DNA from: Clostridiales bacterium | Lineage (GTDB): Bacteria > Bacillota > Clostridia > Saccharofermentanales > Saccharofermentanaceae | Assembly (NCBI GenBank): GCA_017513085.1 | Contig: JAFWDK010000036.1 | Span: 1 to 50,757 of the forward strand | Direction: 5' to 3' | Length of the DNA stretch: 50,757 nucleotides | Shown: positions 8,024 through 17,919 of the stretch, one piece after another | Layout of the letters: each line of letters opens with the position of its first letter | Position numbering within the stretch: the first letter of the stretch is position 1 | Position numbers and translations under genes: made by a program | Notes under the pieces: generated by a model | What the model was told of the DNA's origin: nothing | The model's input: the letters and a program-made list of their open reading frames with translations, nothing else | Database searches by the model: none

Positions 8024-8149
8024 ATGTCTCAGCTTAGAAAATACACATGTTCCAAGTGCGGCGGGGCACTGATCGTCGATAAAGAACAGGAATTATATGA
8101 CTGCCCTTAATTAAACAAAGAGCTTTTTCAGGAAGACGTGGACGTCTGA
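8024..8149 (+). pseudogene. Inverted, internally deleted remnant of a paralogous copy of the 5437-7195 gene pair
   Basis: Reads MSQLRKYTCSKCGGALIVDKEQELYDCP*LNKELFQEDVDV*. The first part matches the N-terminus of 6272-7195 and the second matches the C-terminus LNKEFFQEEAEL* of 5437-6252. Upstream GGTTTTATGGTGGG and downstream TGATCC are also shared. Confidence 0.85.
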
Positions 8150-8306
8150 TCCTTCCCCAAAAACTAAAATTCACACTTTGTTCTTGAGTTATTTATCAAA
8201 AGTTATTTACAGGCGAGTATAATGGTATTGTTACTTTGGGGACATGCCTGGCATTCAGATGTGATCGATCGACTGACAGGAAATGAATCTGTAGGGGGAA
8301 GTTCAT

Positions 8307-9716
8307 ATGGATCTACAACAATATGTAGATGGTTTTGGAGCGATGACATGCATCGTATCTGTAGAGAACCTCGGAAACGGGAAGCGCGGGAAAATACGCA
8401 TTGTTACAGGAAATGAAGCGTATATCGGTTCCATAGAACGTCCTGCGCCGGGGGCGGAACTGCTGACCCAGAAGTTTACGCCCAATCAGGAGTATACAAA
8501 TTATCTGACCCGAGACCTTAACTTTGAAGAATACTGCTATAGGGCGGCGGTTGAGAAGCGCTGCCTCAATTCGTATGCCACCGCAGACAGGATACAGGGC
8601 GTCTGGTTCAATATGGTATTTCTCCCGGTCGCCTATGAAGAAGGAAATCTCTGCTATTGCACATATACCATGGAGATCAATTTCGAGGCGAATCTGGACC
8701 GAATGGCATCCCTTCCCGCGGATGTTACATCGAATGTTATCAAGATATGCTTGAAACTTCGAGGCGCCAAAGAGTTCAATGAGCTGATGAACGACGTCAT
8801 TCATGATATCCGGGATATGTTCGATGCCGATCACTGTTGTATTCTTCTTATGGACGCCTTGGAACGGAAATGTTCCGTCTTGTGCGAAGCACTTTCGGAA
8901 AACACAGTCCTGATTTCCATGAATCACTATAACGATGATGGTTTTTATGATATTGCTGACAGTTGGAAAGACCTGATTGCAGGCAGCAACTGCCTTGTTG
9001 TAAAAGATGAGCATGATATGGAAGTGGTCAAGGAACGAAATCCGATATGGTATGAGTCGTTCACTTCCGCTCATGGCGAAAACATCGTTCTCTTTCCGCT
9101 GAAGTTCAGGGGACAGCTTCTCGGATATATATGGGCGATGAACTATGACATATCCAAGGCTACCAGTATCAAAGAAACCTTCGAGACTACAGCGTCTATT
9201 CTTGCCTCCGAGATCAGCAACTATCTGCTTTTGGATCGTCTGAAGGAACTAAGTTCCAAAGACATCCTGACAGGCGTCATGAACAGAAATGAAATGAACA
9301 ATTTTGTCGATAAGCTCTGTAAGGACAGTAATCCATCGAATATTTCAGTAGGCGTGGTCTTCGCAGATTTGAACGGATTAAAACGTGTAAATGATCAGTA
9401 TGGCCATAATACCGGCGATACACTTCTGAAGGACGCGGCACGGGCACTTGAGGAAGTCTTCGACCCGAGTGAGATCTACCGGGCAGGTGGAGATGAATTT
9501 GCAATTATAGTGACCGGCATTACGGAAGAAGAACTCAACAAACGAGTTGAGGCCATTAAAGAAGCCTCCCGGAAATATAAACTTGTGTGCTTTGCGCTTG
9601 GTCACAGTTACAATGAGAACCGGTCGAATGTGAGACTGGCTTTGAGAACTGCGGATGAGCGGATGTATGAGGATAAGAAACGGTATTATGATCAGCATCC
9701 GGAATTGAAGAGATAG
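8307..9716 (+). CDS. GAF-domain sensor diguanylate cyclase (GGDEF)
   Basis: DILTGVMNR, DLNGLKRVNDQYGHNTGD and YRAGGDEF motifs; central GAF-like region (FPLKFRGQLLGYIWA). Confidence 0.92.
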   Translation: MDLQQYVDGFGAMTCIVSVENLGNGKRGKIRIVTGNEAYIGSIERPAPGAELLTQKFTPNQEYTNYLTRDLNFEEYCYRAAVEKRCLNSYATADRIQGVWFNMVFLPVAYEEGNLCYCTYTMEINFEANLDRMASLPADVTSNVIKICLKLRGAKEFNELMNDVIHDIRDMFDADHCCILLMDALERKCSVLCEALSENTVLISMNHYNDDGFYDIADSWKDLIAGSNCLVVKDEHDMEVVKERNPIWYESFTSAHGENIVLFPLKFRGQLLGYIWAMNYDISKATSIKETFETTASILASEISNYLLLDRLKELSSKDILTGVMNRNEMNNFVDKLCKDSNPSNISVGVVFADLNGLKRVNDQYGHNTGDTLLKDAARALEEVFDPSEIYRAGGDEFAIIVTGITEEELNKRVEAIKEASRKYKLVCFALGHSYNENRSNVRLALRTADERMYEDKKRYYDQHPELKR

Positions 9717-9727
9717 GAGAGTAAGAT

Positions 9728-10435
9728 ATGATCAGTTTCGACCATTTGCCATTAGATGCAGATATTCTGAAGGCTCTCAGGGAATTGTCGATCAATTATG
9801 TGTTCCAACCCATCTTTTTGTCGGACGGGGAGACTGTCTATGCCTGGGAAGCGCTTATGCGCCCGACAGATATGACAGTCACTGATCTTATTGCAGAATA
9901 CTCGAAAACAGATAAACTGCACGTTCTTGAGGTAGCTACATTTTTCGGAGCGATGCAGGCATTTTTCCAAAGAGGATACGAGCAGAGAGTGGCAATCAAT
10001 TCATTTCCGTGCGATTGCATGAGACCTGAAGAAGCAGAGGTTTTTCTGGATTATTTTGGAGAGAAGATACGGGGAAGGATGATCATTGAGAATCTGGAAT
10101 ATCCGTATTTCTCGCATGAACACTGGAAAGAAAAAGACAGATCTGTCAGACGTATGGACAATCTGCTGGCCGCGGATGATTATGGGACCGGGATCAACGA
10201 TCTTGCTCTGATCGATCATATGGCTCCGCACATTGTAAAACTTGATAGAGATCTGATCTCGGGAATCGATCACGAAAAGGAGAAACAGGAGCAGGTACAG
10301 GAGCTTGTACAGCTTTTCCATTCGAAGGGGATCCTGGTCGTAGCCGAAGGAATTGAAGAAAAAGAAGAGTTCGAATGCCTCAAGAGTCTTGGCGTCGATC
10401 TTTTCCAGGGATACTATCTTGCCCGACCGGCGTGA
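9728..10435 (+). CDS. Stand-alone EAL c-di-GMP phosphodiesterase
   Basis: FQPI, WEALMR, AINSF, DDYGTG, VKLD, VAEGIE and FQGYY motifs. Confidence 0.92.
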   Translation: MISFDHLPLDADILKALRELSINYVFQPIFLSDGETVYAWEALMRPTDMTVTDLIAEYSKTDKLHVLEVATFFGAMQAFFQRGYEQRVAINSFPCDCMRPEEAEVFLDYFGEKIRGRMIIENLEYPYFSHEHWKEKDRSVRRMDNLLAADDYGTGINDLALIDHMAPHIVKLDRDLISGIDHEKEKQEQVQELVQLFHSKGILVVAEGIEEKEEFECLKSLGVDLFQGYYLARPA

Positions 10436-10547
10436 TAATATGAACGGTAAGATGTGATCCTTTTGCGGAGACAAAAGATTTTTCTGCTATAATGCTCATG
10501 GATGCTTGATGTATCTGTGAGCATTATTTTATGGGGTGATATGTTTT

Positions 10548-12089
10548 ATGCGTGATAAGTGGTCATCGAGGACAACATTTATTCTGGCAGCAATCGGATC
10601 GGCAGTCGGACTTGGAAATGCCTGGCGTTTCCCTGGTCTGGCAGCAAAGTATGGCGGAGGCGCATTTCTTTTCGTGTATCTGATCGCCTTGCTGATCATC
10701 GGAATACCACTTCTGATGCTGGAGATTGCAGTGGCAAGACATACTAAGCAAGGTGCGCCGGGTTCCATGCGGGCACTGAAGAAAAAGGCGGAAAGTATCG
10801 GATGGTTTGGTGTATCCAATGGTATCTTTATTTCGATCTACTACGCAGCAGTATTTGCCTGGGTCATCCTGATGTTCTTCATGAGTTTCAAGTTCATGGG
10901 CCTGACAGGCGATACGGAAGCGGCCAGTTCACTGTGGGCCAATACGATCAAGACTACCGGAACGACTTCCGGATTTACGACCATCGCATGGCCGGTACTG
11001 GTCTGTCTTCTGATTGCTTGGGCATTATGTTATCTTTGCATCCGTAATGGTACGACTACCGTAGGAAAAGTCGTAAAGTACACTGTTTCTCTTCCGGTCA
11101 TCTGCCTTCTTGTGTTGGCGGTTCGCGGTTTTACGATGCCCGGTGCGCTGGATGGTGTAGCCAAACTCTTCATCCCGAAATGGAGTGCGCTTTCTGATTC
11201 GAATCTCTGGGTGGATGCGGTCGGTCAGGTTTTCTATTCTTTATCGACATCCATGGCCATCATGTTTGCATACGGATCCTTCCTCGATGACAAAGCCAAT
11301 ATTGCCGTGGACGCAACGATCATCGCTTTCGCCGACATGATCATCAGCGTTTTGGCAGGTATCGTTATGTTTACGACGATGGCAGGCGTAGGCATGCTGG
11401 ACAATATGTCTGCATCCGGCATCGCAACTGCATTTATCATTTACCCGCAGGCTATCGTCAAACTATCCGGCAGTGGTGTTGTAAACATGCTCTTCGCCTT
11501 CGTGTTCTATTTCTGCCTGATCACGTTGGCGATCGACTCGCTCTTTTCGATCATCGAAGGTGTTTCGACAGCAATCTCTGATAAATTCCATCTTAATAAG
11601 AAAAAAACAACACTTACGATCTGTATCGTTGAAGGAATCATCAGCTTGATCTACGTCACCGGTGCTGGTCTGGCTGTCCTTGATATCGTAGACTATTTCA
11701 TCAACAGCTACACACTGATCCTGACCGGCATCCTCGAAGTGATCGTGGCCGGCTGGTTCTTCAAGACCAGTAAGATCCTGGAACAGATCAACCGGAACAC
11801 CCAAGGATTCAAGATGCCGAAGTGGTGGTTCCTGCCATCTATCAAGTGCATCGCGCCGGTCGTGCTGAGCGGCCTTTTCATCTGGAATCTTGTCAATCTG
11901 ATCCGTGGAGGTGGCATCTATGGAGAAGCAGACGGCTATTCGCTGAAAGCCAACATTATTTTCGGCTGGGCGGTCATCCTTCTGATCCTGCTTTCCGGCC
12001 TGATCATAAAGGGCATCGTAAAATATAAGACGAAGAGCGGCTATTCCGAAGATGCGCGCGGCTGGGATGATTTTTCCGACGAAGCATAA
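10548..12089 (+). CDS. Sodium-dependent transporter, NSS/SNF (LeuT-like) family
   Basis: RDKWSSR, AIGSAVGLGNAWRFP and GGGAFL signatures; about 12 TM segments; extended -10 TGCTATAAT at 10485-10493. Confidence 0.93.
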   Translation: MRDKWSSRTTFILAAIGSAVGLGNAWRFPGLAAKYGGGAFLFVYLIALLIIGIPLLMLEIAVARHTKQGAPGSMRALKKKAESIGWFGVSNGIFISIYYAAVFAWVILMFFMSFKFMGLTGDTEAASSLWANTIKTTGTTSGFTTIAWPVLVCLLIAWALCYLCIRNGTTTVGKVVKYTVSLPVICLLVLAVRGFTMPGALDGVAKLFIPKWSALSDSNLWVDAVGQVFYSLSTSMAIMFAYGSFLDDKANIAVDATIIAFADMIISVLAGIVMFTTMAGVGMLDNMSASGIATAFIIYPQAIVKLSGSGVVNMLFAFVFYFCLITLAIDSLFSIIEGVSTAISDKFHLNKKKTTLTICIVEGIISLIYVTGAGLAVLDIVDYFINSYTLILTGILEVIVAGWFFKTSKILEQINRNTQGFKMPKWWFLPSIKCIAPVVLSGLFIWNLVNLIRGGGIYGEADGYSLKANIIFGWAVILLILLSGLIIKGIVKYKTKSGYSEDARGWDDFSDEA

Positions 12090-12112
12090 GACATTCACTT
12101 GAGGAGAAAGCT

Positions 12113-12799
12113 ATGGAGAAGAAGAGGATCCTGATCGTAGACGACGAGGTGGAACTTGCCGGCATCATTTCCGAGATGCTGACCGGCTGTGGCTTCGTGA
12201 CCGACCAGGCCGGTAGCGCAGAGCAGGCATTTTCTCTTCTTACGCAAAAGAACTATCACCTCATTCTTCTGGATATCAACCTTCCGGACCAAAGTGGTTT
12301 TGAGATCTGCAGAGAACTGCGGCGTGTGTCCAGAGTTCCGGTGATCTTTGCCAGCGCCAGAACAGCGGAGAATGACAGGATCACAGGATTCGATATCGGA
12401 GGCGATGATTTCCTCCAGAAACCGTATTCCATGAAAGAACTCTTGTCCCGTGTCAATGCGCTTCTGCGGCGTGCTTACGGGGAAGAGGAGAAGGAAGATC
12501 TTTCGTTCGGAGACGTGAAGATCTATCCTTCGGACCGTACGGTTACCAAAGCAGGGCAAGCGGTGAAGATGGCCAACCGAGAGTTCGATCTTCTTTTGTA
12601 TCTCGTAAGAAATAAGAATACAGCAATCCCCAAAGAGACGATTTTGCAAGACGTCTGGGGTGCTTTTTCCGAAGTGGAACCGCTTACGCTTACGGTACAT
12701 ATCCGCTGGCTCCGGGAAAAACTGGAAGAGGACCCGGCGGATCCGAAGTATATCAAGACGATCTGGCGGATGGGCTATATGCTGGAGGATCACGCATGA
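12113..12799 (+). CDS. OmpR-family response regulator
   Basis: ILIVDDE, LLDINLPD and KPY receiver motifs; wHTH with VHIRWLREKLE and TIWRMGY. Confidence 0.95.
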   Translation: MEKKRILIVDDEVELAGIISEMLTGCGFVTDQAGSAEQAFSLLTQKNYHLILLDINLPDQSGFEICRELRRVSRVPVIFASARTAENDRITGFDIGGDDFLQKPYSMKELLSRVNALLRRAYGEEEKEDLSFGDVKIYPSDRTVTKAGQAVKMANREFDLLLYLVRNKNTAIPKETILQDVWGAFSEVEPLTLTVHIRWLREKLEEDPADPKYIKTIWRMGYMLEDHA

Positions 12800-13980
12800 A
12801 GAAACTATTTGCCTTGACCACTGTTTTGGCACTTCTTCTGGTGGGCATAGCCGCGTTCTTCTTTTTTCAAAGCAGAAATATGGAAGACCGCACGGAACAG
12901 TATGCGGTACAGCTGAATGAGATCGCGAATGAAATATCCTTGGGAAACAGCGATACAGCTAAGGAAAAGACCGAGTCACTCCGCAAGGAGATCCGTGAAA
13001 AAGAAGAAAAGCAGGGCAACTATGCGATCCTCCTGATGGGTGGGATCTGTATAGTGTTTCTTTTTGGCGTAAGTATGTATTTCTATGTATCCGTGATCCG
13101 TCCATTCCGAAAACTCACCGATTTCGCAGAACGTGTGGGCGGTGGCGATCTGGATATTCCGCTGGAGTACGAACGCAGTAACTATTTCGGCAAGTTTACC
13201 TGGGCCTTTGATAACATGCGCGAAGAGATCAAGAAAGCCCGCGCGTGCGAGAAAGAGGCCATAGAGAATAATAAGACCGTCATTGCCTCCCTCTCCCATG
13301 ATATCAAGACACCGGTATCCACGATCCGCGCGTATGCCGAAGCCTTGGAGATGGGAATGGATGCGGATCCCGAGAAGCATCAGAAATATGTGGAGACGAT
13401 CCTGAAGAAATGCGATGAGGTGAAGAATTTTACGGAAGAGATGCTGACGCATTCGCTTACGGAGCTCCAGCACCTCAAGATGTCCCCGGAGACATTCGAG
13501 ATCAGTGCTTTTACCGAAGAAATCGTCAAAGATCTGAAAGCAGAGTATAACGATATCGAGTGTCATTTGCCGGATGCGGAGTTGTTTGTATACGCAGACA
13601 AAAACAGGATCGCGCAGGTCGTGGAAAACCTGGTGAGCAATTCCCGGAAGTATGCCAAGACGAAGATCGACGTGACTGTCAGCAAAGAAAGTGGTTCGGC
13701 AGTCATCCTTGTGCGCGACTTTGGCCCCGGGATCCCGGATGAGGAACTGCCTTTCGTGTTCGGGAAATTCTATCGCGGAAAGACCACGTCTTCTGAGTCG
13801 GGAGCAGGCCTGGGATTATTCATCGTGAAATATATCGTCGAGCAGTCCGGAGGAAAGGTGTCGCTTCGAAACGTTGGAAAATCAGGCGCTTCGGGCGATA
13901 ACGATGCATCGGAAGAACATGGACTGGAAGTGCGCGTGGAACTTCCTTTGAAAGAAATCGAAAACGGACCCATCTCTTAA
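12796..13980 (+). CDS. HAMP-domain sensor histidine kinase
   Basis: Two TMs, SHDIKTP H-box, NLVSNSRKY N-box, DFGPGI and GAGLGL. Confidence 0.95.
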   Translation: MKKLFALTTVLALLLVGIAAFFFFQSRNMEDRTEQYAVQLNEIANEISLGNSDTAKEKTESLRKEIREKEEKQGNYAILLMGGICIVFLFGVSMYFYVSVIRPFRKLTDFAERVGGGDLDIPLEYERSNYFGKFTWAFDNMREEIKKARACEKEAIENNKTVIASLSHDIKTPVSTIRAYAEALEMGMDADPEKHQKYVETILKKCDEVKNFTEEMLTHSLTELQHLKMSPETFEISAFTEEIVKDLKAEYNDIECHLPDAELFVYADKNRIAQVVENLVSNSRKYAKTKIDVTVSKESGSAVILVRDFGPGIPDEELPFVFGKFYRGKTTSSESGAGLGLFIVKYIVEQSGGKVSLRNVGKSGASGDNDASEEHGLEVRVELPLKEIENGPIS

Positions 13981-14009
13981 GTCTTTCTTAATAGTTCGAA
14001 CTCTATACT
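13975..14009 (+). promoter_or_regulatory. Putative OmpR-type direct-repeat site and -10 for the ABC exporter operon
   Basis: TCTTAA at 13975-13980 and 13986-13991 (11-bp period), then TATACT at 14004-14009. Confidence 0.55.
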
Positions 14010-14044
14010 TTAAGCATAAGATGCGAGATAAGGAGTTCGACATA

Positions 14045-14806
14045 ATGAAAAACACGATTCTTTCGGCAAAAGGACTTTGTAAGAGTTTCGCCCATAACGG
14101 TGGGCAGGTGCATGTGCTTCAAGGCATGGACGTGGATATCTATGAAGGTGATTTTACAGTTATCATGGGTGCGTCCGGTTCCGGTAAATCCACCACGTTA
14201 TATGCGCTTTCAGGAATGGACCGGGCAACGGCCGGTGAAGTGCTCTATAAAGGCGAGAACATCGTGAAGATGAATGAGAAGCAGCTTGCTTCCTTGCGTC
14301 ATGGTGATTTCGGATTCGTTTTCCAGCAGATGCATCTGGTAAGCACACTTTCGATCTTTGAGAACATTACGGTCCCGGGATATCTGAATACACATAAGGA
14401 TGCGAAAGCGATCGACGCTCGTGCGATGGAACTTCTGAAGACGATGGGGATCGAGCACATCCAATCGCATCTTCCTTCCCAGTGTTCCGGCGGTGAGCAG
14501 CAGCGCTGCGCGATCGCAAGAGCCGTGATCAATGAGCCGGCGCTGCTTTTTGCAGATGAACCGACCGGTGCGCTGAATCGCAAAAATACGACTGAAGTGC
14601 TGGATCTTCTTACTGAATTAAACCGCAAAGGCCAGAGTGTCCTGATGGTGACGCACGATGCGAAGGCCGCGTGCCGGGCAACCAGGATCCTTTACATCGA
14701 GGACGGGAAGATCGTCTCGGATCTGGAACTGCCCCCGTACACCAAAGAAGAAGAGAAGAGCCGCGAGACACAGGTCAACGCCTGGCTGTCCTCTCTTTCC
14801 TGGTAA
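14045..14806 (+). CDS. ABC transporter ATP-binding protein (LolD/MacB family)
   Basis: [26 protein letters not shown] and VTHD motifs; AAGGAG RBS before ATG 14045. Confidence 0.95.
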   Translation: MKNTILSAKGLCKSFAHNGGQVHVLQGMDVDIYEGDFTVIMGASGSGKSTTLYALSGMDRATAGEVLYKGENIVKMNEKQLASLRHGDFGFVFQQMHLVSTLSIFENITVPGYLNTHKDAKAIDARAMELLKTMGIEHIQSHLPSQCSGGEQQRCAIARAVINEPALLFADEPTGALNRKNTTEVLDLLTELNRKGQSVLMVTHDAKAACRATRILYIEDGKIVSDLELPPYTKEEEKSRETQVNAWLSSLSW

Positions 14807-14818
14807 GGAGGCGGAACT

Positions 14819-17170
14819 ATGCGTAGTATACTCAAACTCCTTCGTGGAAATCTGAAGCATGGGAGAGGAAGCTTCAAAGGCATCATACTTCTGATGGCCA
14901 TTCTGACATTCTCCTTCTCTGGTACGATCAGCAATAACGACCAGCTGGAAAAAGCTCAGAAACAGCGCTGGGAGAATGCGGATATGGGCGATTTCATCGT
15001 GTACATCAATCACGATTCCTTTACCGACGAGATGAAGGAAAGCATTCGCAATGCCCCTTCTGCAGCCGGGTACCGGGTCAAAGAAACGATCATTATGGCA
15101 GATTCGGTCCGTTCGAACGGGGAAGCATCTGAGACGAAGATCGAACTGATCCCTTTCGACCCAATCTATAACGTTTTCGATGGGAACGGGAAGGACTTTG
15201 TTTCCAACCCATCTATTCAGGACGGTGAGATCCTTCTGACATATAAACTGCACCTTTTCAGTGAGTTTCAGATCGGATCCAAAGTGACGCTGCACACGCA
15301 CCATGGCTGGGACGAAGAATTTGTGGTGAAAGGATACTACGAAGATTACATCCTAGGTGGCGCGACAGCGCTGGACAACCGCTGCATGATTTCGGAAAAA
15401 GACTTTGCGCGTCTGAAAGAAGAGAAACTGGATCATGTGGATTCCAACGTAAAACTTATGATCATGACGGATGTGGTCGAGATCTATGCCAAGGAAGGCG
15501 CGACCGCAGATGATCTTCGCCGGGAACTGTCTTCCACTTCCGGACTGATCCGGACAGCCAATGCGGCCATTGCCGGGGAGTATCTGCAGGAAGTCGGAGC
15601 CATGTATTCTTCTATCGGTTCCAAGTTCGTCTTTGTTTTTGTCGCGATGCTCGTTCTGGTGATCCTGATCACGATGAATAACAGTATCCATTCTTCCATA
15701 GAGATGGAATATACCGAACTGGGCATACTGAAATCCCAGGGATTTACAAGCTGGAAGATCCGGATGGTGTATGTGATCCAATATACATTGGCTCTCCTGA
15801 TCGGCGCGGTATTAGGATTGTTGATCTCGATCCCGGCATTGCATTTCCTGATCGGTGCCTGGACCAATATCAGCGGCATTGTCTCCGAAACGGGTGTCTC
15901 TTTCGGGAAATGCGGACTTGTATGCGTGGGCGTGATCGTGATCTGTTTCTTCTTCGTGCTTTTTGCTACAAGAAAAGTATCTTCGATCGCTCCGGTGGTG
16001 GCGATCAACGGCGGTCATGAAGATGTGTATTTCGAAAGCCGACTGAAAACCAGGATCCGCCCCAAGCCTCTGACATTATCGATCGCCTGGCGGCAGATCG
16101 TATCCTCCTTGCGAAGTTATGTCGGCACCGCGCTGATCGTCATGCTTATGGTGTTCTTCCTGATTTTTTCCAGCGTCCTGACACAAGGAATGAAACCGAA
16201 GGCGCTTTTCCCAGAGCTGGAAGGCGATATTGCGGTTACTAATTATGGCGGACTGAAATTGGATAAACTGGCGGATTTTGAGCAAGAGGTCCGTGCTATA
16301 GATGCGGATGCGCAGGTTAAGAGCCAGACGGATTTCCGGATGGAGATAGACGGAGAACTGATCAACATAATGACATTCCATTCTCAGGAACCGGTCTACA
16401 GACCTCTGAAAGGACGGGCCGCACAATATGAGAATGAAATCATGGTTGCATCCGGTCTTTCCCGGATCCTCAACAAAAAGATCGGAGATTCGATTACGAT
16501 CGCAAGCGCGACGCGTACAGAAGAATATGTCATTACCGGATATTTTGATGCGGTTTCCAATTTCGGCAAAATGGCGGTCGTGACCGAGGAGGGCATGATG
16601 CGACTGGGACATCACGAAGTGGATGTTGCGTATATCTCTCTTGGAGATATAGGGAATAAAGATGCAGTGATCTCTCATCTGAATTCCACCTATGGAAACT
16701 CGCTCCGGGCAAAGGAATATGAGGAGAACAGGACGCTGGCAATCGTGAAGAATGTCATCATTGTGGTCATGAATGCATTCAGCTATGCTATCTACGCGAT
16801 ATTGTTTATCTTCTCCGCCGTGATCGTGGGCATGGTATGTAAGAGGAGTTTCATCAAGGAGAGAAAAGATATCGGAGTATGCAAAGCGATGGGATTCACG
16901 GCCGGGGATCTCAGAAAACAGTTTGCCTTGCGCTTTTCCATGGTTGCCCTGATCGGATCGGCAGCGGGAGGAGTACTGGCTCTGTTTCTGAGCGAACCTC
17001 TGCTGAAGGTGATCTTCTCGGTAGTCGGCATCACGGATTTTACCAAGAAATACAGTGTCTTCAACGTTGCGCTGCCGGTGGTCGCGATCTGCGTTAGTTT
17101 CTATGTCTGCGCCTACTTCTCGTCCCGAAAGGTAAAGAGTGTGGAAGTAAGGGAACTAATCACAGAGTAA
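14819..17170 (+). CDS. ABC transporter permease (FtsX/MacB-like, duplicated)
   Basis: Two FtsX-type modules (ELGILKSQGFT; DIGVCKAMGFT) with large extracellular loops. Confidence 0.9.
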   Translation: MRSILKLLRGNLKHGRGSFKGIILLMAILTFSFSGTISNNDQLEKAQKQRWENADMGDFIVYINHDSFTDEMKESIRNAPSAAGYRVKETIIMADSVRSNGEASETKIELIPFDPIYNVFDGNGKDFVSNPSIQDGEILLTYKLHLFSEFQIGSKVTLHTHHGWDEEFVVKGYYEDYILGGATALDNRCMISEKDFARLKEEKLDHVDSNVKLMIMTDVVEIYAKEGATADDLRRELSSTSGLIRTANAAIAGEYLQEVGAMYSSIGSKFVFVFVAMLVLVILITMNNSIHSSIEMEYTELGILKSQGFTSWKIRMVYVIQYTLALLIGAVLGLLISIPALHFLIGAWTNISGIVSETGVSFGKCGLVCVGVIVICFFFVLFATRKVSSIAPVVAINGGHEDVYFESRLKTRIRPKPLTLSIAWRQIVSSLRSYVGTALIVMLMVFFLIFSSVLTQGMKPKALFPELEGDIAVTNYGGLKLDKLADFEQEVRAIDADAQVKSQTDFRMEIDGELINIMTFHSQEPVYRPLKGRAAQYENEIMVASGLSRILNKKIGDSITIASATRTEEYVITGYFDAVSNFGKMAVVTEEGMMRLGHHEVDVAYISLGDIGNKDAVISHLNSTYGNSLRAKEYEENRTLAIVKNVIIVVMNAFSYAIYAILFIFSAVIVGMVCKRSFIKERKDIGVCKAMGFTAGDLRKQFALRFSMVALIGSAAGGVLALFLSEPLLKVIFSVVGITDFTKKYSVFNVALPVVAICVSFYVCAYFSSRKVKSVEVRELITE

Positions 17171-17185
17171 CGATATCCATATGGA

Positions 17186-17800
17186 TTACTTATAGTCGTC
17201 GACGTCGAATTTTCTATCCCGAAAGTAGAAATCGCGATCTTCTTCTGTGATTTCCCGCGCCACACGACAGGGGTTTCCATAGGCGAGCATGTTGTCAGGA
17301 ATGTCTTTGGTGACAACACTGCCTGCCCCGATCACGACATTATTTCCGATGGTGACTCCTGGAAGCACACAGACATTGCCGCCGATCCAGACATTATCTC
17401 CAATCGTGATATCGATCCCGTATTCGTATCCGGAATTCCGGGTCTGCGGATGGAGCGGATGTCCTGCGGTACAGAGCATGACGTTCGGCCCGAACATGAC
17501 GTTGTCTCCGATACGTACTTTGCCGACATCCAGAACGATGAAGTTATAGTTTGCGAAAAAGTTTGTGCCGATTTCAATATTGTATCCGTAATCGCAGAAA
17601 AAAGGTGATTCGATAGTGAGATAACCTTCGGATGTTTTACCGAGGATCTCGCGGAGCAGCGCTTGTCTCTTTTCAGGTTCGTCCGGCGGAAGAAGATTGT
17701 ATTCATAGATCTTTTTCTTGCAGGCGAGACGCTCTTCGCTTAAGCCGTCCAGCCAGGATTTATAGGGTAGATTTGCCAGCATTCTTTCCTTGTGATCCAT
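17186..17800 (-). CDS. Sugar O-acetyltransferase (maltose/galactoside, hexapeptide repeat)
   Basis: [10 protein letters not shown], hexapeptide repeats [33 protein letters not shown]; start MDHKERM after GAGGAG. Confidence 0.93.
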   Translation of the reverse strand: MDHKERMLANLPYKSWLDGLSEERLACKKKIYEYNLLPPDEPEKRQALLREILGKTSEGYLTIESPFFCDYGYNIEIGTNFFANYNFIVLDVGKVRIGDNVMFGPNVMLCTAGHPLHPQTRNSGYEYGIDITIGDNVWIGGNVCVLPGVTIGNNVVIGAGSVVTKDIPDNMLAYGNPCRVAREITEEDRDFYFRDRKFDVDDYK

Positions 17801-17919
17801 ATGATTTCTCCTCACTTGCATACTGTTTTTTTCATTCTATCACATGGGATTTCGGACATCTATTCTGTCATTGTTCGCAGCTTTTGTTCGTGATAGTATG
17901 AAACAGTATGTGAGAGGAG

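Noticed and set aside
7110-8110. Site-specific invertible switch between the Zn-ribbon inverted repeats
   Set aside because: The repeats are diverged at synonymous positions, no invertase is adjacent, and inversion would only swap near-identical N-termini.
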